From an uncultured delta proteobacterium (GTDB lineage Bacteria; Desulfobacterota; Binatia; Binatales; Binataceae), in assembly GCA_963724765.1 (NCBI GenBank), contig CAVRVY010000003.1, forward strand, positions 480,001-544,000: a stretch of DNA of 64,000 bases, written 5' to 3'. This document shows, piece by piece, positions 27,860 through 37,079 of this stretch. Under the pieces are notes generated by a model. That model did not search any database and was not told where the DNA came from. It was given only the letters and a program-made list of their open reading frames with translations. The position numbers were made by a program, and so were the translations under genes. Position 1 is the first letter of the stretch. Each line of letters begins with the position of its first letter.

Positions 27860-29157
27860 TGGCGGACGCACAGACACCGGAACCGGTTGCGGCCGCGCGG
27901 CGCGGCCCGGTGCGCGACGTGGTCGAATACGATCTTCTGTTCGACTGCGTGCACTGCGGGCTTTGTCTGGAGTCCTGCCCGACCTACCTGCTGACCCGGG
28001 CCGAGATGGATTCGCCGCGCGGGCGAATCTACATGATGAAGTCGCTCGCCGAGGGGCGGATGACGCTCGATGACGAAGCCGTGCGCCATATCGACTTGTG
28101 CCTGGGATGTCGCGGATGCGAGACCGCGTGTCCCTCGGGCGTTCATTATGGGCGGCTCCTGGAGCGGACGCGCGACTACATCGATCGCAACCATCGGCGC
28201 GGATTTATCGACCGGCTGCGGCACGCGGCGGTCCGCTTCATCTTTCCGTATCCGCAGCGCCTCCGCGTGATGCTCTGGCCGCTGCGCGCCGCCGAGCGGC
28301 TCAAAATGCGCGGCCTGGTGCGCCGCCTCATGCCACGCGCGTTGCGCGAGTGGATCGACCTGGTGCCGGAAGAAAACCAGGCATCACCGGTCTATCCCGA
28401 GCCAACGTCGCCGAATTCCGCAGGCCCGGTCGCGGTAGTGCATCATGGATGCGTCGCCGAGGTGCTGACGCCCTCGGAGAATCGCAATACGGAGCGCGCG
28501 CTCGCGGCGGCCGGCTATCGCGTCGTGCAGCTCGCACCCACGGTCTGCTGCGGCGCGCTCGATCTGCACGACGGCAACCTGCCGCGCGGACTCGACTTCG
28601 CGCGCCGCAACGTGCGGGCGCTCAAACAATCGGGCGCCGAGGCGATCGTTTCGGCGGCCTCGGGATGCGCCGCGGCGATCGCGTCGTATGGCGAGTTATT
28701 GAAGGATGACCCGGAACTGGCCAGCGACGCGCGCGAGGTCTCGGAACGCGCAACCGACCTTAGCACCTTGATGCTCGCGCGCGGCGGCAAATCGGCGGGG
28801 CGGCTCGAATGTGCCGTTACGTATCATGATTCTTGTCATCTCGTGCACGGGATGGGTGTGCGCGAGGGGCCGCGCAAACTCCTCAGTTCGATCGCGGGCG
28901 TGCGCCTGGTCGAGATGGCGGAGTCCGATCTCTGCTGCGGGTCGGCCGGAAGCTACAACCTGCTCGAGTCCGCGATGGCGAATCAACTGGCGCGGCGCAA
29001 GGCCGACAATATCGAGGCGACCGGCGCCGACTACGTCGTGCTGGGCAATCCGGGCTGCGAATTCCAGATCGCGGCGGAGCTACGCCGGCGCGGTTCACGC
29101 ATCCGGGTTATGCACCTGGCAGATTTTCTCGCCCTGGCCGCGAGCTCCCGCGCGTAA
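27859..29157 (+). CDS. glcF: Glycolate oxidase Fe-S subunit GlcF
   Basis: CVHCGLCLESCP, CLGCRGCETACP, two CCG domains; TGATG overlap. Confidence 0.9.
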   Translation: MADAQTPEPVAAARRGPVRDVVEYDLLFDCVHCGLCLESCPTYLLTRAEMDSPRGRIYMMKSLAEGRMTLDDEAVRHIDLCLGCRGCETACPSGVHYGRLLERTRDYIDRNHRRGFIDRLRHAAVRFIFPYPQRLRVMLWPLRAAERLKMRGLVRRLMPRALREWIDLVPEENQASPVYPEPTSPNSAGPVAVVHHGCVAEVLTPSENRNTERALAAAGYRVVQLAPTVCCGALDLHDGNLPRGLDFARRNVRALKQSGAEAIVSAASGCAAAIASYGELLKDDPELASDAREVSERATDLSTLMLARGGKSAGRLECAVTYHDSCHLVHGMGVREGPRKLLSSIAGVRLVEMAESDLCCGSAGSYNLLESAMANQLARRKADNIEATGADYVVLGNPGCEFQIAAELRRRGSRIRVMHLADFLALAASSRA

Positions 29158-29304
29158 GCCGCACCGCTGCGTCACAACCGCGGCGCGAACCGCGGCCTCG
29201 CCGATGCTTGCGGCCTTACCAATACTGCCGACGAACTGCTGTTTGAAAAAGGCGTGAAGGGCGAGCCGTGCGTACAGCTCGCGCTGCGGGTGTTGTTACT
29301 GCTG

Positions 29305-29550
29305 CTACGACGGATCGAGATCGATAATCTGGCCGGGCTGCGGTCCGGGAACCATATCGGCGAGGTCGGCATCCTTATCCTTGGCCACTCCGGGCGGAGT
29401 CTGCCGTTCGGTGACGCGTTTGACCCGGCGCTGTTCCTTATCCTGTTGCTTCTGCCGACGAAGCTGTTCTCTGCGGCGTTTTTCCAACTGGTCGCCTCTC
29501 GGGGCCGACGGAGCCGACGCCCTGAGGCGGTCGACACCATCAGGCTCCAA
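29305..29550 (-). CDS. Small charged hypothetical protein (coiled coil plus D..VPGPQP)
   Basis: EKRRREQLRRQKQQDK and DLADMVPGPQP; lies downstream of the RRM gene; start uncertain. Confidence 0.55.
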   Translation of the reverse strand: MEPDGVDRLRASAPSAPRGDQLEKRRREQLRRQKQQDKEQRRVKRVTERQTPPGVAKDKDADLADMVPGPQPGQIIDLDPS

Positions 29551-29565
29551 TTATCTGCGTGCGCT

Positions 29566-29600
29566 AAAAACGACGGGGGCGGGGCTCGGCCCGCCCCCGT
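29566..29600 (-). terminator. Intrinsic terminator after the RRM gene
   Basis: ACGGGGGCGGG/CCCGCCCCCGT stem followed by a U-run. Confidence 0.75.
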
Positions 29601-29616
29601 TTCGATTCGACTGCTG

Positions 29617-29943
29617 TTACCAGCGATCGCGGCCGCGATTTCCACCGCCGCCGCCACCGCCCCGGTTGCCGCCGCCGCCACCGCCGAAGCTCGACTCACG
29701 AGGCTTGGCCTCGTTGACCTTGATGTTGCGGCCCTTCAGCTCAGTCTCGTTGAACTGCTGAATTGCCTTGGCCGCATCTTCCGCATTAGCCATCTCGACA
29801 AAACCGAAACCCTTTGACTGGCCCGAAAACTTGTCGGTGATGATCGCGACGCTCTGCACCTGTCCTACCTGAGAAAACAGCTGCTGCAGGTCGTCGTTGG
29901 ACACTGCGTAGGCCAGATTGCCTACGTACAATTTGCTGGGCAT
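29617..29943 (-). CDS. RRM RNA-binding protein with Gly-rich tail
   Basis: LYVGNL (RNP2), KGFGFVEM (RNP1), VNEAKPR. Confidence 0.95.
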   Translation of the reverse strand: MPSKLYVGNLAYAVSNDDLQQLFSQVGQVQSVAIITDKFSGQSKGFGFVEMANAEDAAKAIQQFNETELKGRNIKVNEAKPRESSFGGGGGGNRGGGGGGGNRGRDRW

Positions 29944-30132
29944 CATTGCCCTCCGTTGGTATTTGTCGGGAAGCTCTCGAACAGAGAACCCGGGCTCATT
30001 CCCGGGCGTTTGATAGGGAACACTCCGACCGTTACGTGAACTAGCCTATGCCTTTTCGTGGGGCAATGGAAGGGGTCTATATTAGTTCGGTACAGATAAT
30101 TATTTGCGTTTTACAGCGGAAGCACCGCAACC

Positions 30133-31314
30133 TTACGGGTCCCGCGTGACTACGATTCCGCTGCCACGCATCATCGGCGAGCCGTCGAGCGCGCATACCG
30201 CCGCCGCATCCGGCACTTGCCGGCGCTCGGCACGGTCGGTCACCTGGAACACCGCCTCGGCAATATGCCCCATTCCGTGCAACCGTCCCTCGCTCAGGCT
30301 GCCGCCGAAGGTATTCACCGGCATTTCGCCCTCCAGCGCGATACGGCCGTCCTGGATGAACGCGTAGGCTTCGCCTCGCTTGCAGAAGCCGGCCGCCTCC
30401 AGCCAGTAGAGCGCGGAGGGGGCGAAGCCGTCGTACAACTGCGCGGCGTCCATGTCAGCGGGGCCGAGTCCCGCCGCCGACCACAGCCTGTTTGCGAGCG
30501 ACTGCCCATTGGCGACGTAATCGTCGAGCGTATAGAAGAGCAGGCTTCGCCGGCTGGCGGTATTCTGGCCGTGGCCGGCGATGTAAGCCGGCGGACGGCG
30601 CAGGTCGCGCGCGCGTTCGGCGCGGGTCATCACCAGCGCGACGCAGCCCTCGACCGGCACGTCGCAATCGAACAGGCAAAACGGCTCGGCGATTGGCCGC
30701 GCGGCCATGTAATCCTCGCGGGTCATCGGCTTGGTGTAAAAGAATGCGCGCGGATTGAGGTTGGCGTTGCGCCGCGAGTTGACCGCGAGCGTACTCAGAT
30801 GCTCGCGAGTGGCACCGTACTGATGCATGTAGCGCCGCCACGCCATCGCATGCGACTGGATCACGCTGATGCATCCAAAGGGCGCGAGGAACTGCGCGTC
30901 GCCGGCGGCGCGCGCGCCGCTGAACGCTCCGTAGCTGCGCGGCTGATGCAGCGCACGCCAGATCAACACGTAGTCGCAAGCGCCGGCCAGCAGCGCGTGC
31001 ACGCCTTCGATTACCGGGGCCGCGATCATCCCGGTCTCGATCTGCGCGTACCATCGCACCTCGGGCGCGAGCGCCAGATGGTTGATAATCCAGGCGACGC
31101 TCACGATATCGACACCGTCGCGGGTGCCGGCGCCGAGAAACGGCGCTTCGGGATAGGTCGCAAGTCCGTCGATTTGTTGCGGGCTCAATCCGGCGTCGGC
31201 GATCGCTTCGCGGCAAGCGTCAAGCGCGAGCAATCCGAGCGGGCGTTTCGATTGACGCACCAGTTCCGAGTAGCCGATTCCGACGATCGCGGTCTTGCCC
31301 TTGCCCTGCCACAT
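30133..31314 (-). CDS. Thiolase-like (SCP2/lipid-transfer type) protein
   Basis: TAIVGIG, LYDGF, VNTFGGSLSEG; partner OB-fold gene upstream. Confidence 0.88.
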   Translation of the reverse strand: MWQGKGKTAIVGIGYSELVRQSKRPLGLLALDACREAIADAGLSPQQIDGLATYPEAPFLGAGTRDGVDIVSVAWIINHLALAPEVRWYAQIETGMIAAPVIEGVHALLAGACDYVLIWRALHQPRSYGAFSGARAAGDAQFLAPFGCISVIQSHAMAWRRYMHQYGATREHLSTLAVNSRRNANLNPRAFFYTKPMTREDYMAARPIAEPFCLFDCDVPVEGCVALVMTRAERARDLRRPPAYIAGHGQNTASRRSLLFYTLDDYVANGQSLANRLWSAAGLGPADMDAAQLYDGFAPSALYWLEAAGFCKRGEAYAFIQDGRIALEGEMPVNTFGGSLSEGRLHGMGHIAEAVFQVTDRAERRQVPDAAAVCALDGSPMMRGSGIVVTRDP

Positions 31315-31316
31315 CG

Positions 31317-31760
31317 TCACGCCCCCCCTGCGCTCAGACCGGCCTGAACTGGTCTGAACTGGGCGAGCGTCAGGCCGGGGCCGCGCTCCTCGAACCAGAC
31401 TTCGACGCGGCCGCCGATTCGGATTTTGCCAAGCTCCGCGTGCGGCAGATTGGAAACCATAAAGAGCATCGGCTGTTCCTGGAGTTCGACCACGATATTG
31501 ACGTACGGGACCTCGCCCTCGAAACCGGCGACGCTCGGCTGATGCATCACGGTGAAGGTGTAGATGGTGCCGCGGCCGGAAACCGGCGTGAACTCCAGGC
31601 GCTGCGAGGAGCAGCGGTCGCAACTCGGGCGCGGCGGATGGTTGTAGTAACCGCACTCGGCACATCGCTGCACCACGAGCCGGCGCTCTTTCGCCGCGTC
31701 CCACAACGGCTGCGAGAGTTCGTCGGCAACGGGAACCGGTTTTTCGTTAGTGATCGCCAC
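31317..31760 (-). CDS. DUF35/ChsH2-type Zn-ribbon OB-fold protein
   Basis: QRCAECG...PP..CDRC, SGRGTIYTFT; GTG 6 nt after TGcTATACA. Confidence 0.88.
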   Translation of the reverse strand: MAITNEKPVPVADELSQPLWDAAKERRLVVQRCAECGYYNHPPRPSCDRCSSQRLEFTPVSGRGTIYTFTVMHQPSVAGFEGEVPYVNIVVELQEQPMLFMVSNLPHAELGKIRIGGRVEVWFEERGPGLTLAQFRPVQAGLSAGGA

Positions 31761-31881
31761 GCATCGTGTATAGCAGTTTGAGGACGCGAGTGTCAGCGCG
31801 CGAATGTCAGTGGACTGTCGGCGGTAGACTTGCCCCATCGGCCTCGCATGCGCTCGGCGTGCACTTTTGCGGCTGCCCGCC

Positions 31882-32410
31882 GGTCCCAGCGGCAAAGCCT
31901 ACGGCCTCGACATGACCGACGAGATGCTCGCGCTGGCGCGCGAGAACCAGCGCAAGGCGGGCGCGCAAAACGTCGAGTTCCTCAAGGGCGAGATCGAAAA
32001 CATCCCGCTGCCCGACAATTCGGTCGACGTGATCATCTCGAACTGCGTTTGATCAACCTTTCGGGCGACAAGATCGGGGACTGGCGGAGGCGTTTCGCGT
32101 GCTGCGCCCCGGCGGGCGCTTCGCGGTCTCGGACGTGGTAGTGCGCGGCGAGGTCCCGGCTGCCATCCGCCGCAGCGTCGAGTTGTGGATCGGATGCGTC
32201 GCCGGAGCGCTGGAGGAATCCGAGTATCGGGCGAAATTGAGCGGCGCCGGGTTCGAGCAGGTCGAGGTCGAGCCGACCCGCATCTACCGCGCAGAGGACA
32301 CGATCGAGCTTTTCGCCCAGGCAAATCTCGACGTCGAAAAAGTCGCGCCGATGGTCGAGGGAAAATTCATGAGCGCCTTCGTCCGCGCGCGCAAGCCTTA
32401 CGCCAGATAG
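31882..32410 (+). pseudogene. arsM: Arsenite S-adenosylmethyltransferase remnant
   Basis: [55 protein letters not shown]; N-terminus missing; +2 (~32049) and -1 (~32072) frameshifts. Confidence 0.85.
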
Positions 32411-33477
32411 CCGGCGTGCTGCAGATATTCGGCGAGCAGCACGGCGCCGCGTCCGGCGCCCATCGCCGCGTTGTGCGTGACCAGCACGTACTTCACGCCG
32501 TTGGGCAGGACTTCATCGGCGCGAATCCGTCCGACTGAGGTCGTCATCCCGCGCTCGGCATCGCGGTCCAGCCGCGGCTGCGGGCGCATCGGGTCGCGAT
32601 GCACGGTTATCATGTGCCGCGGCGAGTTGGGTAACCCGAGCGCTGTAAACTCGCGCCCGAAAGTTTCGAACGCCTCGCTTACCGCGTCGAGACCGGCCGC
32701 CATCTTGAACGACACCGCGACCGTCTCCGTGTGGCCGTTTAGCACCGCGGCGCGCGTGCAGGTCGCGCTCACGCGAAGCGGCAGTTCCGCGATACCGCCC
32801 TCAGCCATGCGGCCGAGGATCTTGCGCGTCTCGATCATCACCCGCTCCTCTTCGCGCGGGATGAACGGGATGACGTTCTCCACGATGTCGAGTGCGGGCA
32901 GGTCGCGCCCGGCGCCCGAGATACCCTGCATCGTCGTCACCATCGTGGCCTCGACGCCGAAGCGCGCATCGAGCGCCTTCAGCGTGATCGCAAGGCCGGT
33001 CGCAGTGCAGTTGGGCAGCGTCGCGATATAGCCTTTCCATCCGCGCCGGCGGCGCTGCTCGTTCACGATCGCGAGATGGTCGAGGTTGACGCCCGGGATT
33101 ACCAGCGGCACGTCGGGCTCCATCCGATGCGGCCGGGCGGTGCTGATGGTGGGAACCTTGGCGGCGTAAATCGGCTCGAGCTCGCGCGCGGCCTCGGATT
33201 CGACGGCGGCAAAAACCACGCCGATCCCGCTAAGGGCGAGCGACTTCGCGTCCTGCACTTCGAGGCCGAGCGCGTCGGCCGGCGGCTCGCATCCGCCGAC
33301 GTACCATCGCCGCACGCCGCTTTGCGCGTCGGTTATCGCCTCGGCAAAGCTCTTTCCGGCAGAGCGCTCGGAGGCGGCCAACGCGGCGATTTCGAAATAC
33401 GGATGGCCATCGAGTGCGGCCAGCACCTGCTGGCCGGCAATTCCGGTGGCGCCAACGATTGCGGCTTTGATCTTCAT
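32398..33477 (-). CDS. asd: Aspartate-semialdehyde dehydrogenase (archaeal/fungal-type)
   Basis: GATGIAGQ, ASERSAGK, PNC, QGISGAG, RPQPRLDR, HN...GA. Confidence 0.88.
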   Translation of the reverse strand: MKIKAAIVGATGIAGQQVLAALDGHPYFEIAALAASERSAGKSFAEAITDAQSGVRRWYVGGCEPPADALGLEVQDAKSLALSGIGVVFAAVESEAARELEPIYAAKVPTISTARPHRMEPDVPLVIPGVNLDHLAIVNEQRRRRGWKGYIATLPNCTATGLAITLKALDARFGVEATMVTTMQGISGAGRDLPALDIVENVIPFIPREEERVMIETRKILGRMAEGGIAELPLRVSATCTRAAVLNGHTETVAVSFKMAAGLDAVSEAFETFGREFTALGLPNSPRHMITVHRDPMRPQPRLDRDAERGMTTSVGRIRADEVLPNGVKYVLVTHNAAMGAGRGAVLLAEYLQHAGYLA

Positions 33478-33584
33478 CTTAAGAGTCGAGTGCCTGAAAG
33501 TTTGGAGCTACAGATTATAGATGCCGGCCGAAGCGATCCATACGGCACGCGCGAATCGGGGAGAGGAAGGGCAGAATGGATCTT

Positions 33585-34235
33585 TCAGACTCGTTCGACC
33601 AGCCAGTCGCGGACCGTTTCGAGCAGTTCGTCGGCCGCCTCGGTAAAGCGATGGCCGACGCCGGGAAAAAGCTTGAGCGTCCGGGGCTCCTGCGCGCGTT
33701 CGTAAAGCCGCTCGGAGCATTCGTGCGGCAAAATCGTGTCAGCGGTGCCGTGCAGCAAGAGCAGCGGGCGCGGCGCGAGTTCGGCGACCGTGTGCGCGCC
33801 GAATAGCTGGCTCGAGACCGCGATCACCGTCGCCACCATCGGCGCGAGCGTGCCCGCGTTGATCGCGACCGCGCCGCCGAAGGAATGGCCGATGAGCGCG
33901 GCGCGTTCGTACTGCAGCGCCTTGAGAAACGTCAGCCCCGCCATCGTGTCGAGCATGCATTCGCCGAACTCGTTGGGCATCCGGTAGTTCAGCCGCATCA
34001 CGGTGATTCCGACCGGCGGCAACTCCACTCCCAGCCGCGCGTAGAGCATCCCGGGGCCGTCGAAACCACCGATCGCACCGCTGATGCAGAGCACCGCGCG
34101 GCCGGGCGCTTCAGCAGCGTGCACGATGAGCGAGATCTCGCCGCGCGTGGTTCTCAGCTTCAGGCTGCGCGCGCCGACGATTTCGTCGCCCGGCTCGACG
34201 CCGATAATATGCAGGCTGAGTTCGTCGTCGCTCAT
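33585..34235 (-). CDS. Alpha/beta hydrolase
   Basis: GHSFGG, HGTAD, GVGH. Confidence 0.85.
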   Translation of the reverse strand: MSDDELSLHIIGVEPGDEIVGARSLKLRTTRGEISLIVHAAEAPGRAVLCISGAIGGFDGPGMLYARLGVELPPVGITVMRLNYRMPNEFGECMLDTMAGLTFLKALQYERAALIGHSFGGAVAINAGTLAPMVATVIAVSSQLFGAHTVAELAPRPLLLLHGTADTILPHECSERLYERAQEPRTLKLFPGVGHRFTEAADELLETVRDWLVERV

Positions 34236-34262
34236 CGCGCCTCAGCGCGCCCCGCTTCAAGC

Positions 34263-35135
34263 TCACACATACAATGTCGCGAGGCGACGCAGCTCGGCCT
34301 GGTAATTCTCCGGCCGCAGCGCCGCCTCCAGCATCATGATGACGAAGCGATGCGCTCCAGCCCCGGCATACTGAGCCAGGCCGGCCTGCACGTCGGCGCG
34401 CTCGCCGCGCATCTCGCGCCGCATGATCGTGATGTCCATCCGATCGAAGTCGCTGCCGGCGGCGGCGCACTCAGCGCGCAGCTTGATGAGCTCATCCTTG
34501 AGCTGCGCTGGCGTAAGAAAAATCGGGCACCATCCGTCGCCCCATCGCGCGACCCAGCGGAGCGCGTTTTTGTCCTTGCTGCCGATTATAACCGGGGGGC
34601 CGCCTTTGCGCGCGGGTTTCGGATAGCATCGCACCGGCGGGAACTTGATGTAGCGGCCGTCGAACGAGGCCTCGTCCCTGGTCCACAGCTCGCGCATCGC
34701 GGCCACGTACTCGCGCGTCTGGGTCCATCGATGAGCAAAGTCCACGCCCAGGATTTCCGACTCCTCGCGCAGCCATCCCGCGCCGATGCCGAGGATCACG
34801 CGCCCGCCCGAGAAGCGGTCGAGCGTCGCCAGTTCATTGGCGGTCAGCAGCGGGTTGCGCTCGGGCACCAGCAGGACGCCGGTCGCCACCATCAGGCGCG
34901 TGGTGACGGCCGCCGCCATCGCCATCGCCACGAACGGATCGCACATGTGGTAGTAGATTTCCGGGATGCCGCCCTCGCCGGGACGCGTCTCGGGCAGTTG
35001 TGTTACGGTATGAACCGGCATCACCGAGTGATCCGGTATCCACAGCGACTCGAAGCCGAGCGCCTCGGCGGCGCGGGCCAAGTCGGCCGGATTGGCGCTG
35101 CGCTCATTGGGCGCGACCAGAAGTCCGATCTTCAT
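34263..35135 (-). CDS. LLM-class (putative F420-dependent) oxidoreductase
   Basis: GFESLWIPDH, ATLDRFSGGRVILGIGAGWLREE. Confidence 0.88.
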   Translation of the reverse strand: MKIGLLVAPNERSANPADLARAAEALGFESLWIPDHSVMPVHTVTQLPETRPGEGGIPEIYYHMCDPFVAMAMAAAVTTRLMVATGVLLVPERNPLLTANELATLDRFSGGRVILGIGAGWLREESEILGVDFAHRWTQTREYVAAMRELWTRDEASFDGRYIKFPPVRCYPKPARKGGPPVIIGSKDKNALRWVARWGDGWCPIFLTPAQLKDELIKLRAECAAAGSDFDRMDITIMRREMRGERADVQAGLAQYAGAGAHRFVIMMLEAALRPENYQAELRRLATLYV

Positions 35136-35240
35136 TATTACTCGACGGCCGTGGCTAAGTGCGGCGCCCTAACCTCCGGCCCCTTGCCTAAAGGAGAAAC
35201 CGTCGCATAACCCACGCGCTCGGGAGACTCCGCTGGGCAT

Positions 35241-35624
35241 CTACGACTTCTTCGGTGCGGTCACCTCCGTGAAAGCGCGGATCGCTTCGACCGCGCTCGG
35301 CACGCCGCTGTACTGCGAAAGTTGAAAGATCATTTCCTTAAGTTCGGTATGCGTGATGCCGAGGTTGAGCGCGCCGCGCATGTGAACCCTCAGCTCCGCG
35401 CCGCGCCCCAGCGCGATCAACGCCGCCATCGTGATCATCGAGCGTGTCTTGATCGGCAATCCCGGGCGGGCCCAGATGCCGCCGAACAGTTCGTCGTTGA
35501 GGAACTTGCCGAAGTCGGGATCGAAACCGCTTAGGAAGTCATTGCCCGCCTTGGCGCCCTTCTCGCCCCACAACTGGGTGCGTATCGCCATCCCTTTTTC
35601 ATGCTTGTCGTCGGCCATTTCCAT
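35241..35624 (-). CDS. Carboxymuconolactone decarboxylase family protein
   Basis: FGGIWARPGL..RSMIT, ELRVH, YSGVP. Confidence 0.88.
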   Translation of the reverse strand: MEMADDKHEKGMAIRTQLWGEKGAKAGNDFLSGFDPDFGKFLNDELFGGIWARPGLPIKTRSMITMAALIALGRGAELRVHMRGALNLGITHTELKEMIFQLSQYSGVPSAVEAIRAFTEVTAPKKS

Positions 35625-35715
35625 TTCTCCTTGGAATAGTAACTGAGAATAGCTACTGATGTGAACCAGTAACCGGTGCGAAACTGTATAATGCGCGCGG
35701 CCCGGTGCAGCGGTC

Positions 35716-36615
35716 TTATGACGAGCTGCGAACTTTAACTCCGGCGCGCTCTTCCTGGATCATGAACGTCGCCGACGAATCTTTCTCGCCCCAGCCCTTG
35801 TTCAGCGCCTCCAGGAAATCCTGCTCGGCAAGCGCCGCCATCGGCATCGGCACCTTGAGCTCGCGCGCAAGCTCGGTGGCGAGACCCAGGTCCTTATGCC
35901 CCAGCCTTAAGGCGAAAGTCGCGCGGTCGAAACCACCGCGAAAGACCATCTTGCCCACCGCCGCGTTGAGCACCATGCCCTGTCCATAAGCGCCGCCCTG
36001 CACCGCGCGCAGCAACGCTTCAGGCGACACGCCCGCCTTGACGCCCATCGTAAAGGCCTCGGCGATTAGTTGAGTCGAGCACATCGCAATCATGTTGTGG
36101 ACCAGTTTCGCGACCGAGCCGGCGCCGATGTCGCCGATGTAAGTCACCTTGTCGCCAATCGCGTCGAGCACTGGCTTGACCTCGTTGTAGTCGGCCTCAC
36201 TCCCGCCGACCATCACGGCCAGCGTCGCCTTGCGCGCCCCGACGATGCCGCCACTGACGGGCGCGTCGAGCATCCGGATGCCCCGGGCCTTCAGGCGCGC
36301 GTGGACCTGGCGCACCACCGTGGGCGAGTTGGTTGAGAGGTCGATATAAAGGCTGCCGGGCGCCATCGCGCCGATCAGTCCGCCCTCTCCCAGCACCACC
36401 GCCTCGACCTCCCTGGGCCCGGGCAGCGAAGTGAAGACGACCTCGGCTTCCTTTGCGGCGGCGGCCGAGCTTTCAGCCCATTTGGCGCCGGCGGCCAGAT
36501 GCGGTTCGGCGACCTGGCGGCGGACGTCGTTGACCGTCACCTGGTGGCCCGCCTTCATCAGGTTGAGCGCCATCGAACCGCCCATGTTGCCGAGTCCGAT
36601 AAATCCGATTCGCAT
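35716..36615 (-). CDS. 3-hydroxyisobutyrate dehydrogenase-family NAD(P)-dependent oxidoreductase
   Basis: GFIGLGNMG, DAPVSGG, KLVHN, KDL. Confidence 0.92.
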   Translation of the reverse strand: MRIGFIGLGNMGGSMALNLMKAGHQVTVNDVRRQVAEPHLAAGAKWAESSAAAAKEAEVVFTSLPGPREVEAVVLGEGGLIGAMAPGSLYIDLSTNSPTVVRQVHARLKARGIRMLDAPVSGGIVGARKATLAVMVGGSEADYNEVKPVLDAIGDKVTYIGDIGAGSVAKLVHNMIAMCSTQLIAEAFTMGVKAGVSPEALLRAVQGGAYGQGMVLNAAVGKMVFRGGFDRATFALRLGHKDLGLATELARELKVPMPMAALAEQDFLEALNKGWGEKDSSATFMIQEERAGVKVRSSS

Positions 36616-36740
36616 AACTACCTCACGTGCCGGAAAAAATTGCGGCGTGCGAGCCGCAGAAAGCTCCGGTAGTAAGCACTCTTAAAGCATCGCTGGCCAA
36701 ATCCCGCAAGGCAAAGCGATCGCAGGAGCGCCAGTCGCCA

Positions 36741-36796
36741 AACTGACCGACAACTAAGCGGCAAACTGGCCGACAACTGAACGACAACTGACCGAT
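36741..36796. repeat. Five 11-12-nt direct repeats (AACTGaccGAC)
   Basis: aactgaccgac, aactaagcggca, aactggccgac, aactgaacgac, aactgaccgat; 11 nt upstream of TTGACT (36808). Confidence 0.75.
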
Positions 36797-36850
36797 AGGT
36801 CCGGCGGTTGACTTTGCGCCGACGCTTGGATAACCGTAATGAGCCTGATG

Positions 36851-36962
36851 GCCTTATCCAGAGCGGCGGAGGGACTGGCCCGATGATGCCGCAGCAACCG
36901 GCCCACCAAGGGTGCTGGTGCTAACTCCAACGAAGCCCGAAATAGGCTTCGGTAGATAAGGC
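36851..36962 (+). promoter_or_regulatory. SAM-I (S-box) riboswitch
   Basis: CTTATCCAGAG..GGAGGGACTGGCCC.ATGA..CC.GCAACC..GGTGCTAACTCC..AGATAAG; P1 GCCTTATC/GATAAGGC. Confidence 0.95.
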
Positions 36963-36975
36963 GAGAGTACTCGTA

Positions 36976-37011
36976 CCCTCGTCCTTATCCGGGAGGAGGG
37001 TTTTTTGTTTT
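36976..37011 (+). terminator. SAM riboswitch expression-platform terminator
   Basis: CCCTC..TCC/GGA..GAGGG followed by a U-tract; contains CCTTATC, able to pair with the P1 3' strand (antiterminator). Confidence 0.85.
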
Positions 37012-37079
37012 ATTCCCCTCGCAGCGCCACCGGATGAAATGTCCCGGTTGAAACAACTGGGCCCGGGCGTGAGAACGAG

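Noticed and set aside
32050-32052. TGA in arsM as selenocysteine
   Set aside because: Homology continues in a different frame and the catalytic Cys (SNC) precedes it; this is a frameshift product
36741-36796. CRISPR array (also 3303-3337 and 17243-17288)
   Set aside because: Repeats are too short or directly tandem, with no unique spacers and no cas genes
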